From the human T2T-CHM13v2.0 reference genome, Homo sapiens, in NCBI RefSeq assembly GCF_009914755.1, contig NC_060932.1: a DNA stretch of 64,000 bases. One strand, 5' to 3'. Shown piece by piece: positions 15,166-29,270 of the stretch. The translations under genes and the position numbers were made by a program. Under the pieces are notes generated by a model. It had not been told where the DNA came from. It did not search any database and was given only the letters and a program-made list of their open reading frames with translations. How positions within the stretch are numbered: the first letter of the stretch is position 1; every line of letters begins with the position of its first letter.

Positions 15166-15689
15166 TTTCAATGTTATTCATCTTAAAAATGACACTAGAT
15201 AAAAGAAGAATGTGTTGTTACAAATTCTTGTTCATCTGGGCCAATGATAAAAATCCACTAAAGCAATGAAATTAAAATGAGCATCCAATTAGATTGAGTG
15301 ACTCAACATAACAAAACCATTTTGTCATCATTGAAAACCACTAGGCATGCCAGGAAAGTGTACTTACTGAAATACTGAAATACACGTGCACATACACACA
15401 CACACACACACACATTTATATATATAACATGTTTATGGCCAATATAACAATAAATTTGTATAACCATATCTTTATTAGTCAAACAGTGAGAAAAAAAACT
15501 CTGGTGGGGTCAATATATAATGCAGAATTTAAAAGACTGTCACTATAGCATGAATCAGACTTGCACACAATCTTCAGATGTAGAAACTATTATAACAAAA
15601 TACTTGCGAGAACGGTGTCTACATGTCTGAGTCTCCCACCCACACTATCCCTTACACCAAGAAAACTGGGTTGGTTTCCATTTGCTTAC

Positions 15690-15931
15690 CACTAGTCCCA
15701 GAACGAGGGTGCGAACTCTTTCTCCTATCTCGGGTGAAATGTCATTGCCAAACTGCTGCAGGGTAGTAAGGAACCTTTTCAGCTTGCTGAGTTGCCTGGC
15801 ACCACAGGCTGGGGGCAGCTGTTGATTAGCCAGAGAGGAGGAGGAAGAAGAGGAAGGCCCATTGCTGAAGCCATTGGGTGGTGAGGGGGCGCCATTCAAG
15901 GCTGTAGGAGAATGGCTCGTGCCATTAGTTA
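15690..15931 (-). CDS. RUNX1T1: RUNX1T1 exon 3 (242 nt): [81 protein letters not shown] (start of NHR1/TAFH)
   Basis: Lies within ORF 15645..15944. Acceptor AG at 15932-15933, donor GTAAGC at 15684-15689. Phase 1 to 0. Confidence 0.98.
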
Positions 15932-17505
15932 CTGTCAAGAGCACAAAATCAGAAGGAAGTCATAAACTTACAGAGAACATGCATGAGGAAATTGCCACCA
16001 AGTTTCCTACCTTTTACATCTACTAGTTTTATAAGTTTTTAAATGTTGGGACTTTTTAAAAATGCTTGGACTTCACAGGGTTACTACATTCTCAGGTACT
16101 CTATAACTAAATGGGTCTACTCCTCATACTGAGTGATGGTATCCTGCACAGAGGCTGACAATAAATGGAGTCTGCTGCAACCCAGGGCCAGCCCTGCCTC
16201 CCATGTGCACATATGCCAACCACCTGAAATGTTTCAAAAATAGAACAGACAGCTTCGGATGTCAGCTTTTTGTCGCAGGCTTACATCAATATAACAGGAC
16301 TATTCCTTTCCAAACTGCTCCCCTAGAGAAAGTGTACATTTGGTGGAGACTAAATTTATCATTGAACATTTTTAATCATGTTTTGTACACACAACTGACA
16401 GCTGTGTTTATAGGAATAGGACTTTCAAGTTTTAACCTTCCACCACCCAATTAGAAGGCTATTTTCTCCCCCTCATACTTCTTAACCACTTCTTTAGGAA
16501 AAATGCATATTTTATGTACAAAGCCAAAATGGATATGGTGTTTAACAAGGAGTTACTTCAAGAAATCAAAAAGGGACACCTAAATCCAGCCAAGAGCATG
16601 GAGTGGTGATAATTCAGTAAATTCATTTCTGATAAAATTTGTTTGAACATCAAGACGATAATCCCTGTCACTCTGTAACCCATTAATATGTACATTAATA
16701 AGTACATAAAAAGAAAGCAAAAAGTTGATAATCCATAAGAACTAGAATTAAAAATCTGCATCGTTTGCATTAAAGAAAATGTTGATTTTATCATGTTAAG
16801 TCAATTAATTTGATAAGCAGACCTTTATCAAACCCATCTTTTTAATATAATTTTGATATAGTTTGAAAATGTTTTAAAGACCATGTTATGCTTAAAAGTT
16901 CAATTTTGACATAATAAAATGGTTCTCTTGTCACAACTGAGTATCATAATAACCTGTCAAGAAATGCCAGCTCACCAGGACATCTCACAGGAGACATATG
17001 CTTACCCCTGTGGCTTTGGGTAACAACAAACCAAATATAAGATGACACGGTTACAACTTGGCATTGCACAGTCACCTGCTCCTTACACATTTGGAAAGGT
17101 CTTTTAAATGGCAGTGCAACACTGCATAAACAGCCTGAGATGCGTACTTTGCTAATCCCTTATAGTCCCAAAGATCTACTTTTGCCTTTTAGTTATTTTT
17201 CATTCATATGGATTTCATGGCACATGGTGTGCAAAATAGCTGCAACCGATAACATTTATTAGTTTCACAATTCCTTGATGACAATTTCAACCAGGACTTT
17301 GAGATTTATTAAAACAGTTACTCACTATCCCTAATGAAATACACAGGAAAGAATGGGAAGTTGCAATTCTGTCAGAATTCTCTATCCTTTCCTTTGGACT
17401 GTACTGAAAGCAATACACTCTATTGAGAGAACTCAGAACTTGAGCCAAGCAGGAATGGAGTAAAGTTTTAATAAGAGTCTGACAGGTTCAAGACAAGAAA
17501 GACAC

Positions 17506-17860
<355 letters not shown>

Positions 17861-18336
17861 TCAATACCCTTTTTAACACAAGGATATTATATTTTAACAT
17901 TATTTGTAACCACTTGAAATAGATGAAAATGGTGTTAGAAGAAGTAACCTAGAAATAATAATAGCACATTTCCATGTTCCAAGTCATGCTGAACAAACTA
18001 AAATAAAGAGCTCCACATTAAGATGAATTAGAAGTTACAGTGGTAACAACTGGAATTACAGACCAAATGCTGCTTCATTTGCTAAAATCATAGCAGACTG
18101 CAACTTCGAAGCAATAATGAAAAGGAAGGCAAATATTGGCAGTCACACAAATTAGACCTAAGCTATGATACTTCTGTGCTCAGTACCTACTTACTGGCAA
18201 ACAAATGATTTTTTTTGGTTCATTTCTGCATAATACATTGATGCTGAATTTTATTTTCCCTTGATTTTTCATTTGCAGAAAAAAATTTAATTTAAACTTT
18301 AAAACTGAAACTCAAAAGCCTGAAATGACTACTTAC

Positions 18337-18474
18337 ACGTTGTCGGTGTAAATGAACTGGTTCTTGGAGCTCCTTGAGTAGTTGGGGGAGGTGGCATTGT
18401 TGGAGGAGTCAGCCTAGATTGCGTCTTCACATCCACAGGTGAGTCTGGCATTGTGGAGTGCTTCTCAGTACGAT
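18337..18474 (-). CDS. RUNX1T1: RUNX1T1 exon 2 (138 nt, phase 1-1): DRTEKHSTMPDSPVDVKTQSRLTPPTMPPPPTTQGAPRTSSFTPTT
   Basis: Manual translation. Acceptor ccAG at 18475-18476, donor GTAAGT at 18331-18336. Matches the ETO/MTG8 N-terminus. An internal ATG (MPDSPV) sits at 18449-18451. The exon is absent from the ORF track. Confidence 0.97.
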
Positions 18475-19372
18475 CTGGAGGATGCCACCAGGAACATATT
18501 ATTTTACTCCTTAAGCACCTCAGTTTTTCAAGTGGGGTTTATCTTTTTTAAAAGCAAGTGAACAGAAGAAATTCAACATCTTCTATCAATAAAATACACT
18601 TATCTACTGACGTTTAAATCAGGATTTTATCATCCAAACCCCACTTAAGAAGGTATAGCACAGATGGCAGGACCTCATTTGTAACTAGGTTATATTATAT
18701 CCTATTGTTATTTCTGGCTTAGGCAGATGCTACCTTGGTAGTGTTATATGCAGCAGCACAACTGCACTGGAAGCTGAAGCCAATGTTAGCAAGAGGTAGA
18801 AAATAGATGAGGAAGTGGGATGATAATGAACCCCTCATGACAGCTCAGAAATAACAAAAACCTGAAGTCTGTTATGCAGGTGAGATACTGGTAGGAGCCA
18901 GCTCTTTGTAATGATTTTCTCTTACACCTGCCATCCCTGTGCTGTCCTTAGTTTTCTGGCCTATTAGATGAAATAGGTTATCGTCTTCCAGGCATATTTC
19001 GCATTTCAATTTTTCCTGCCCTGTTTTAAAAATCACTGCTACATAGGTGAAATGTGTTATACAATGAAGTGAAACTATTATTTACTTAAAAGGTGTAAAT
19101 TTATGACCTGCCATTTTAAAAGCATGAAACCAATACTCCAATTAATAATCTCAAACAGAGTTAAGAATGTAAAAGTCCCAAACAGAGAACTAAAAAGAAC
19201 TAGACACTGCTAATATTTTTTTCATGAGTATGTGGCAGATATGAAGAAATTTCCTGATTACCCAATAATGGACATTCATACTTCAGAACTGCTGTAAGTA
19301 TACTTTTCCCTTGACATTCTGAACTGTTTTTCTCAATCTAATCTACTTATCAAAGCAACAGACCTTTTGATC

Positions 19373-20004
19373 TGTTCAAAGCAATTTCTTAACACTTTGG
19401 TTATAATAAACATTTAAAAGTTGAAATAATTTTGGTATCATTTTAAGGAAGCTGCAATAAAAGAATAAAAATAATCATCATTCAAATAAGAGCATTTGCA
19501 CGATGAGCTAGTCAACAGCAGTATCAGAGTCTCTATTTTTGGTTCTTTAGATCTAATTCTTTCACAAATGTGTAGGCACGCACATGAACACACACACACC
19601 CAACGTATTTTGAGGCACCTCTTGCAGTTATAGACACAAATATCTCACACTTGGGCTTTTAGAAAAGTGAAGTAACTATTAAGAAAGAACAAGCCTTTAA
19701 AAATGTTATAATAACCACAGTGAGAAAATCTCAAAATCACTTAAAGGTCAATTATTGAAAGAAAAAGAAAAACCCAAATTACTACTATAACAATTCCAAA
19801 TCTACCTCACTTTTGTTCAAAGCAATTGCTTAACACTTGGGTTGCAATAAAACACAACATTTAAAAGTTGAAATAATGTTGATATCACTTTAGGGAAGAT
19901 GCAATAAGAGAATGAAAATAATCATCATTCTAATAAGAGTATTTGCACAATAAGCTGTTATTATTATTATTGATGAGTTAACAGCAATATCAGGGTCTCC
20001 ATTT
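19373..20004. repeat. Diverged direct duplication of a ~170-190 bp unit (19373-19538 and 19814-20004)
   Basis: Both copies run from TGTTCAAAGCAATT through ACATTTAAAAGTTGAAATAAT and AAAATAATCATCATTC to AACAGCA.TATCAG.GTCTC.ATTT. The offset is 441 bp. Confidence 0.9.
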
Positions 20005-22669
20005 CTGAATCTATACTTCTGGCTGAATAACAACGGATGTCCCTATAGTGAATAAAAGTGTTCTGAGTGAAAGGATGGTAGAGACACACATGAAGAGCAT
20101 TTTCACCTTTATCTATTGTTAAAAACTTGTCTTCAGATTGCTACAACCAGTAAGTCACTTATTCTAGAAAAATACAGAAGTTAGGCAGGCTTAAAACCGC
20201 TTCTTCAACAGTTAAATTCATTTGCACATTCTACTCACCTCAACCAACCTCAGCAACAAGGGAATAAATAGCTTCCCACTTATGTTGCAGCTGAGGGAAG
20301 AGGTACAGCAGCAAATACAAGTCTCCCTAAATAAAGGCAAATATTTCTGTCATGCCAAGGAGGGAGGGAAAAAGGGAGGCTTGCCAGAGTCGGCTGGGAG
20401 ATAACAGTGGGAACTGCTGGTCCATCTGGTTTTCATTCTGCTAACACTCACACGGAACTGTTAGAGAAGGCAGTCCAGATACACAGATTTGAAGCACGTG
20501 GTTGCACAGACAGAGAAAGGAAGAGCAGGAGGGGGAGGGGAAGTGGGAGTAACAAAAAAATAAATAAAGCAATAGGAGGAAAAAGAAGAGGAGGAAAAAG
20601 AACAAAATAGAGAGACAAGAGCCTGATGGGGGAGTAAGTTACCCTCAACAGCTTCCTTTACCCTCAGTGTCTACAAGCTGGACCTTAATGTGCACAGCCC
20701 CCTACCTGACTCAAGTTTATAGAGTTAAGGAGCAATATCTAAACTTAAACATATTTGAAGGCTATTTTTCTTTCCTAAAATAGACCACCCTAAAAAAAAT
20801 AAACTATAAATTTGACAATAAGTTTCCTCCTCAATTTTAAGTTTGTATTTAAGATAATCTTTGTATTCCTATCTTCTTCCCAATTTTAGAAAGTTTTTGG
20901 TATATTCATAATTTTGATTTGAAAACATCTGAATATTGTCTTGGTCCACACTTGTAACGACTCCTATCCAGAACAGCAACATCATCATCCATAGATTATT
21001 TTTTTAATTCTTGAAATGTCAACAATAACTACAGAGACAATGTATAGGAAACACCACTACTTCTAATAGGAATATGAACATTCTAGCCAGAATATATGTA
21101 TATGTGCATATATTCAGGGTTTTTACATTAGCCAAATTTCTGCAATGGTTAGCTTCACTCTGATCAAATGGAGTTCCAGCCCAGAGGTCCTACAAACTGA
21201 GACAAAGTGGGACCATATGTAACTCATTCTGTGCTGTTCAGTGCAATCAATCCAGGATGGAGATAGATGGTGAAATAACCAGCCAGGCCTAATCCACATA
21301 CACATGAACACTCTCTGGAGCACAGAGATTTAAGATAAATGCGGAAAATGTGTTTCAAGTATGCTGAGCCCTGTTGCATTTGTTTTGGATTATTTAAAAA
21401 CTTTTTTTGAAATATATATTCTTGAAACTTTTATAGCAAACAGCACAAGCAAGCTGATTTAACCACAGAAGCATTTCACTCCATTTCAAATTAGAGGACA
21501 TGGTAAAACCAATATTAAGTTATAATATTTCTTATATAATTTTTTAAGTTCATGGAAATTATAGTGTCCTGGTATGTAATTTCCATTTTTTAGTTGCAAT
21601 AGGGGAGTTCTGACATATACTCAAAGACTGACACAAAATGATTAAAAGTCAAAAGAAAAAAGCAAAAGAAAAAACCTCCATCAGATCATGTAGCAAAGGT
21701 AAGTAAAATAAAAAAGGGCTGACTTTACTTCTACCTTAGCGATTCATACTACTTCTAAACAAGACGATCTTCCCTCTGTGTAACGTTTCTCTCACATGGC
21801 AAATATCCAACACATATGTACCAAAGATGGTTGATGCATGGAAAACAAATGTGGCATATATTAATACATTACCTATATGATTTCAATATCCAGTTCAGTG
21901 TCAGGGCCTTCTAGAAGTGGTATGTTTCCCATTTCCTTTTTTTTTTTTTTTTTCAATAAAAAGAAAAGGTATGGCATAATCTGCCATGGCACTTACTTTA
22001 CTTTTAGTTAGTTCAAATAGCACCAGATGTGTTTCTAAGGTACAAAAAGTAGGTATTCTGCATTTTCCTTGTTTACATAGCATTCTAGAGAGGACCAGTA
22101 TAAAACAACAACAACAACAACAAAAAGGGAGTTCAAGTATTGGTAGGTGGTACATCTTTTTCTATCAGTTTATCAGGTCAATTATCGAAGTCTCAGAGAT
22201 GTTATGGATTAGGAGGAACTTCTTGGACAACTAGTAGTTAGTCTGAGTTAGTCATATTTGAATAAGTGTTGGCTAAGCTAGAAGGTATGTACTAGAGAGG
22301 ATAAGCCAAAGTGAAATGCAAGTCCTGTAACAGGAAACAGGAAAGAAGAAGGAAGCTAGAGAGGCATCAAGGTGGGTATAGAACTTTAATTTTTATTTCA
22401 CTGGAAAAGATGGCAAATACAGTTCTGAAAATGATGCTATGTAGTGACTCCAATGTCTGGGTGTCAGATGTTACAGGAGACTATCCATGGACCAGAACAA
22501 TGGTGCTGGTCGCTTCTGCCCTCCATCCAGCCTCCACCCTTCCCTGATGAGCACTGTGGTAATGCCCATTCCTGCTCAGAACCCTTCTGCAATGCCCGAG
22601 AATGAAAGTCAAACACTAAGATGCTAAGAATCATGAAATGACACAGTGGGATACTTGGCATAACAGAAT

Positions 22670-22870
22670 AACTTCCTAAGGCAGACTGGCTTCAAATGTT
22701 GACTCTCTCCACCATTAGTAGTGAGTTCTCAAGCAAGTTAGTTTTCCCGAGCCTCAGTCCCTCATCAGAAAAAAATGCAAAAATGATCCTCTGTCCCTCA
22801 TAGGAATGTGGTGAAATTGAATGAGATTGCACGTTTTAAACCCTAGCACTGTGCCTACTTATATTAGGTA
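22670..22870 (+). mobile_element. MIR fragment
   Basis: 'caagcaagttagttttcccgagcctcagtccctcatc...gtggtgaaattgaatgagatt' resembles MIR. Confidence 0.65.
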
Positions 22871-23508
22871 CCAGCAGGTGTGAGCTTCATTCTCTTGTGT
22901 CTTCAACTCCATGATCCATTCCTGACTTTTCTCTCAATCCTAGGCTCTATCAAATACCAGCCACCTTGGTACTCCCTGGCTTTTCTGCCTTTCTTTTACT
23001 TGCTGTTTCCCTCATCTAGAATGACCCGTCCCACTTGCACATTCTTCACTGCTCACTGTAGATCACACATCCTCTTTCAGCTTCCCTCAACTGCCCCGAG
23101 CAACAGCCATATCACATTACCTCTGCCTTTCTTTTAACATTTATCACAGCCCTTCTGTATGATGGACACATGTATATATTATACACCCAAACATTCCAAC
23201 CAATGCAAATGGTAAGCACTTGATGGCGATATTTTTTAAAATTCCTCCTGAGGAGGATTCTTAATAAATATGTAGTAATATAATTGTGGATAGTTACATT
23301 TCTAACTATTAGAAATCCATTCCCTATATTATTATCCGTTCAAAGATATCAAATTTCATGGTAAAAGACAAACACACACCATCAACAGTATACACAGAGA
23401 GAGGATAGAATGTAGATAACAATGGGAAGATGCTGGAGACCTGAAATTTAGTTCAACTTTGCAACTAACTTATATAGAATGACGTCTCACCTCATGTCTT
23501 ATCACAGG

Positions 23509-23879
23509 TGCCGTGATCTGAATGTTTCCCAAAATTCATGTGTTGAAACTTAATCACCAATGTGATAATATTAAGAACTGGGGCCTTTGGGAGGCACTCA
23601 GCCCATAAGGGCTCTACCATCATGGATGGGATCGGTCTCTTACAAATGGGTTGGAGAGAGCTAAGGAGGCCACTTTTGCCCTTCCATCTCTTCTGCCATG
23701 TAAAAAGGCACTATTCTAGCAACAAGCTGCCATCTTGAGAGCAGAGACCAGGCCCTTACCCAACCTGTCAGTACCTTGATTTTGCATTTCCCAGCCTCCA
23801 GAAGTATGAGAAATAAATTTATCTTGTTTAAACTACCCAGTCTAAGGTACTGATATAGCAGCACAAATGGACTAAGACC
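23509..23879 (+). mobile_element. MST-type (ERVL-MaLR) solo LTR
   Basis: Starts with 'tg..tgatctgaatgtttcccaaaattcatgtgttgaaacttaatc', contains AATAAA, and ends 'atagcagcacaaatggactaagac'. Confidence 0.85.
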
Positions 23880-24005
23880 ATAGATGTTTTATGAATAGCA
23901 TTTTTGCTGAAACACAAATAGGATCTTACCTATTCTCTGATCTAAAACCTTCAGGAGAGTCCCATTGTCCATGGAATAAAATATAAGCTCTTTAGCTTAG
24001 TCCAT

Positions 24006-24320
24006 GTTGCAGACACTGTTGAGTTCTTAGCAATGCTTGTTGCTTTCTTCCTTGCTGGAGAGCCCTGACTTTGTTCAGGTACTCTTCCTCTTCCCACAAT
24101 CTTTGGGGGCAAATTCTCCTTGTTGCACATTAGTCAGATTATCACAGTTTCTTTCTCAATAGCAGGCTTCAGAGGTGGGTGATGTGATTCGATTCTGGAC
24201 AATGGGCCATGAAAGGAGGTCTACTGAAGAGGTTGTGAGAAAGACATCCTCACTTTCTAAACAGGGACCCAGGGAGCAAATAGTCCCTTCTCTTCTAATA
24301 GGCACTATTTTATCTGTAAG
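24006..24320 (+). mobile_element. MLT1J-like (MaLR) LTR fragment
   Basis: 'tgttgcagacactgttg...ttcttccttgctggagagccctgactttgttcagg' resembles the MLT1J 5' end. Confidence 0.6.
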
Positions 24321-25338
24321 TAATTACTTCCCTTCACTTTTTTGAATTCTACTTTTCTTATCTATGAATTAAGCATATTAGGTTGTATTCTTTCTAAAGA
24401 TCTTTTGCAAATACTAATATTCTCTGGTTTCTTTCTATAGATATGGCTTATGATCATTACAAACACAAAGATGACCACCCTGAAAACATATATTTGATAA
24501 TGAAGTGACCACAAATACAATCACTTTGAAAGTGATGATCATAACTAGCCTTCTTCTGTTCACATAAATTTCCATGTCCACAAGAATGTCTGCATGTCCA
24601 TTTTTCTCCCATAAACATTAAAATTAATGTCTACCTCCTCTTTTCAGATACATTTTCACTCCTCATCAATGATTTAGTTATAAAATAAGCATTCTAAAGT
24701 CCAATTCTCCCTCTTTAGTTGTCACCAAAACAATCACTAGGATTTTCTTTCATAGCCCAGGCTCTTAAAAGAGAATCTATAGTCACTTTCTCTGGTTCTT
24801 CATTTCCCACTCCATCTTCCATGCACTAGGAGCAGAAACCTATAAGACTGTCTGTCTAAACATTTCTCTTCCCATGCTGGAAACTGCCATTCCCTCTAAT
24901 CTCATAACTACCTTGGGAACTACCATGTTCTTTCATGAACTTGTACCCAAGACACCAACAGGCCCAGACATAGCACCTAGTCCAAGATAGGCAGTATCAG
25001 TCCTTCTCCAAGATCTTTATATTTAGAGTTGAGGGTAGAAAACTGCACCATCTACTACCCTCCACATCTAGAAAGCAGGTCTACAGCACAAAAGCCAGCA
25101 ACTAACAGGCAGAAAAAAGCAAAGAGAAGTAATGAGAGATTATCATGGTAGTAGTAAATAAAGTCCCTCATTCTAGTGAATACGAGGGACTTGTCATATC
25201 CGTAAAATTCCTACAATTTGGGTCTTCCAAACCTTCTACAGATTCCTAGTCAAACAATCCCTACTTTGCCTAAAACCGAGATTGAGCTGATTTTCACCAA
25301 AACCAAGAAATGCTGATAAAATAACCCTGGCATGCAAG

Positions 25339-25635
25339 GTGGAGTGCGGTAGCTCACGCCTGTAATTCCAGCATTTTGTGAGGTTGAGGTGGGTGGACCA
25401 CTTGAGTACTGGAGTTCAAGACCACCCTGGCCAACATGGTAAAGCCCTGTCTCTACAAAAAATACAAAAATTAGCCAGGCATGGTGGCACATGCCTGTAG
25501 TTCCTGCTATGCAGGAGGTTGAGGCAGGAAAATCTCTTGAGCCTGGGAGGCAGAGGCTGCAGTGAGCCAAGATCCTGCCACTGGGGTAACAGAGTGAAAC
25601 CCCAACTCAAAAAAAAAAAAAAAAAAAAAAAAAAA
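25339..25635 (+). mobile_element. Alu (J/old S)
   Basis: Dimer with long poly-A. Degenerate TSD aaccctgggcatgca / aaccctggcatgta. Confidence 0.95.
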
Positions 25636-25659
25636 GCAACCCTGGCATGTAGCATCAAG

Positions 25660-26860
25660 ATATCCTCCTAAACTCCACTGAAATTCTTCTCAATTGTCTC
25701 TTTATTCTTAATCCAAGAAACATGTACACTACTTTATCTGACATCTCTGTAGCATCTGACACTTCCCTACTTCCTCCTTGAACCATTTGCATCCCCAGAA
25801 TTCCATGAGTCTAATACTCTCTTTCTCTGGCTTTCCTCGCTTCTCCTTTTCAGTCTCTTAAGGGCTCCTCTTTTTCCTGCTCTGTGATAACTACTGACAT
25901 TTTCCCCTAAGTTCCTTCTTAGACCCTTTTCAAATTTTCACTTTATACTCTTCCTTAGTGATTTCATTTGTGTTATCATTGGGCTTCAGAGACAGGACTG
26001 GAATTTGCCATCCTCTATGTAAAACTGGCCATGTTTTGCAACCCCTGTATTGTGGGAATAAACTCAAATAATGTGTATTGCATTCTTGGTCAAATGCCTG
26101 ATACATGGTAAGCACTCCGGAAAGGGTGACTTTATTCACTCCGTGGCCAGTATGAGAATAACTCTAGTCAATATCCCTCCCAAATTCTAGACCCAAACTT
26201 CCAGAGGGCTACTCATTTCTACAACCTGAATCATCTACCATCTCTTGCCTGACCTATTCAACAAGTCATTGAATGGACTCCCACCCGTCTCTGATACATT
26301 CTCCAAACCACATCCAGTTATTTTTCTATGTATGCCAATGGTGTGACCAGAGATCCTGCCTCTCTCCTCTTGTAATCTTTAAACATCTCTTATAACCTTA
26401 AAGTCTGTGCTCCTTAACAGGACATAGAAAGACCTTTGTGACCCATCTGGTTCCTGCAGCTGCTCCAGACACATCTTCATTTCTGCCATCCACCCCATCC
26501 CCACCTCTGACCTCCATACTAGACAGCTGCAGTTCTCCAAATGCCCATGGTCACTCTGGCTTTCATACTCACTGCATCCCTTTCCTTGAATACTCTTCAC
26601 CCCATCACCGCCTAATTAAGTCCATCATTCCTTTAAAACTTCCTTCAGGTGTCACTTCAGCCAGAAACCTTTTGCTGACAACCTTTCTATCCCCAGCTGG
26701 CCGGGTTTGTCCCAAGTTCTCATATTAGACTGTCTAGATCCCTCCTGCAGCACTGATCACACAGTATTTAGACCACAATTTACTTAAGAGCAATGATGAC
26801 ATTTTATTTGTTTTTATAGTCCCAGCACTTAGCAGTATCTGACACACAGCTTTAACTCAA
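25660..26860 (+). mobile_element. Degraded L2 fragments
   Basis: Pyrimidine-rich L2-like text ending in 'tcccagcacttagcagtatctgacacacag'. Probably several pieces; edges approximate. Confidence 0.55.
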
Positions 26861-27651
26861 GATGAAATCATCTATGTATCTCTTTTTTCCTCTCATCATC
26901 CAAAAAGAATTCCAAAAGAATTTTTATATTCTGGAAAAATTAATCACTAAAGATAAATCTAGAAAAATACTACTGGATTATTCAATTCACCAGTTTTCTA
27001 ACAACTCTCAGTAACCACATATTTCCTGAGACTTTTTAGTATATGATATTAGAAAAAAAGTTTGTAAGGCAATTTATACACATATGATCTATGGCCTCTA
27101 AAAACTGTTTTACAATAGTAGTGTCAGTGTAGTCATACATGTACACATTCAAAACAAAGAGAAAAGCATATTGTGAACCAAAGACATACTTTTTTCTACA
27201 TTCTACAAGTTTTCTGTTGTTTTGTCTGTGGATGGTGGTACAGGTTATGTTTATTTTCTTATTTTTCTCTGTTCTATAATGGGCATATTTTACATTTTAC
27301 AAGCCAAAGAAATGCCCCAATAAACAACAACAACAACAAAACCCTATTAGGATAAATCAGCTACAATCAGGCTTAGGCATTGTGCCAAATGTTGGGCATG
27401 GTTTATCTCACTTTAAACCTCTCTATGAAAAGGTACTATAAATTTGCCCACTTTATAAAAAAGGAACTGAGGCTCAGAGGGATTGAAAAATTTGCCCAAG
27501 GTTTTAAGTCAGGTCTTAATCCATGCCTTCTCAAAGTTCATTATCCTCTAAAACTACTGTCATTTTATTCATGATCTGGAAAACTGGGATATGAACTGCA
27601 CTCAGTAAACGTTAAATCTGTAGCTAGCATTACATTAAAACTGCATCTTCC

Positions 27652-27947
27652 GGCTGGGCACAGTGGCTCATGCCTGTAATCCCAGTACTTTGGGAGGCTG
27701 AGGCAGGCGGATCACGAGGTCAGGAGATTGAGACCATCCTGGCTAACACAGTGAAACCCCGTCTCTACGAAAAATATGAAAAAATTAGCCTGGCCTGGTG
27801 GCGGGCGCCTGTAGTCCAAGCTACTCAGGAGGTTGAGGCAGGAGAATGGCGTAAACCCGTGAGGTGGAGCTTGCAGTTAGCCAAGATCGTGCCACTGCAC
27901 TCCAGCCTGGGCAAGAGAGCGAGACCCAGTCTCAAAAACAAACAAAC
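27652..27947 (+). mobile_element. AluY-type element (older, CpG-decayed); its tail continues at 28262-28268
   Basis: Has 'gatcacgaggtcaggagattgagaccatcctggctaacac'. Outer TSD gcatcttcc at 27643-27651 and 28269-28277. Confidence 0.93.
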
Positions 27948-28450
<503 letters not shown>

Positions 28451-28989
28451 GGCATCCTAGAACAATGACTCTGAAATGTTACCCTAGAAATAACAGCTCT
28501 GTGGCAGAAGTCCATGGAGGTGACAAGGCAGCCCAAAGGGATGGGGAGCAGGAGGATTGTCTGGAGCCTCATCCTAAACATCTTCCGCTGCCATTCAGAC
28601 CTTTCAGTTGCTTTATATGCTGGGTTTCTACATTTGATGATGATGAGATAGGAAAAACAAGTCTGAAGCCCAAAGATATGTAAGCTATGAGCTCTGAAGA
28701 AGTGCCGGCACAAGACATTCTCAGTTCAGGTGATCAGTAAACATCAAGGTGACCATGCCAGTGAGGACAAGGCCACAGGCTCACAGTCCTGGGATGAGCC
28801 AGTCAGCAGCTGGCCCAGAATCAGAGATGACTGCAGCACATCCCTATGGTCTTTAATGGGAGTGAACTTGGATTAAGAGGGAAACCAGGTAAGAGAATGA
28901 GATAAATCTATGGCAATCGATTACTATTTTTGGAAAACTAATTTCAAAAAAATGTTTGGCTCATCTCCATACAGGGACAACAGGAATTC

Positions 28990-29270
28990 CCCTTCCCTTC
29001 CTCTATAGCACTTATCCGGCTAGCTATGCATGGCACATTTATCTTATTTTTGAATGTGTCCCCATCCATAATGTCAGCTTCGTGAACAGAGATTTTTCTC
29101 TGTTTTGTTAGCTCTGTAGCATTTAGAAAAGTGCCTGAAATAGTAGGCATTGGATGGACGGACAGATGGACAGACGGATGGAATAAATGGGGGGGGGGGT
29201 GGGAAGGAAGGAGGGAAAGAAGGGAGGGAGGAGGGGAGGGAGGGATGGATGAAAGGAAGGAAGAAAGGTT
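28990..29270 (+). mobile_element. L2 3' end followed by (TGGA)n and a G/A-rich tract
   Basis: 'tagcatttagaaaagtgcctgaaatagtaggca' followed by tggatggacgga and G runs. Confidence 0.65.

Noticed and set aside
15831-15858. Poly-serine-encoding TCC/TCT run in exon 3
   Set aside because: A short, interrupted, known part of the ETO protein, not an expansion.
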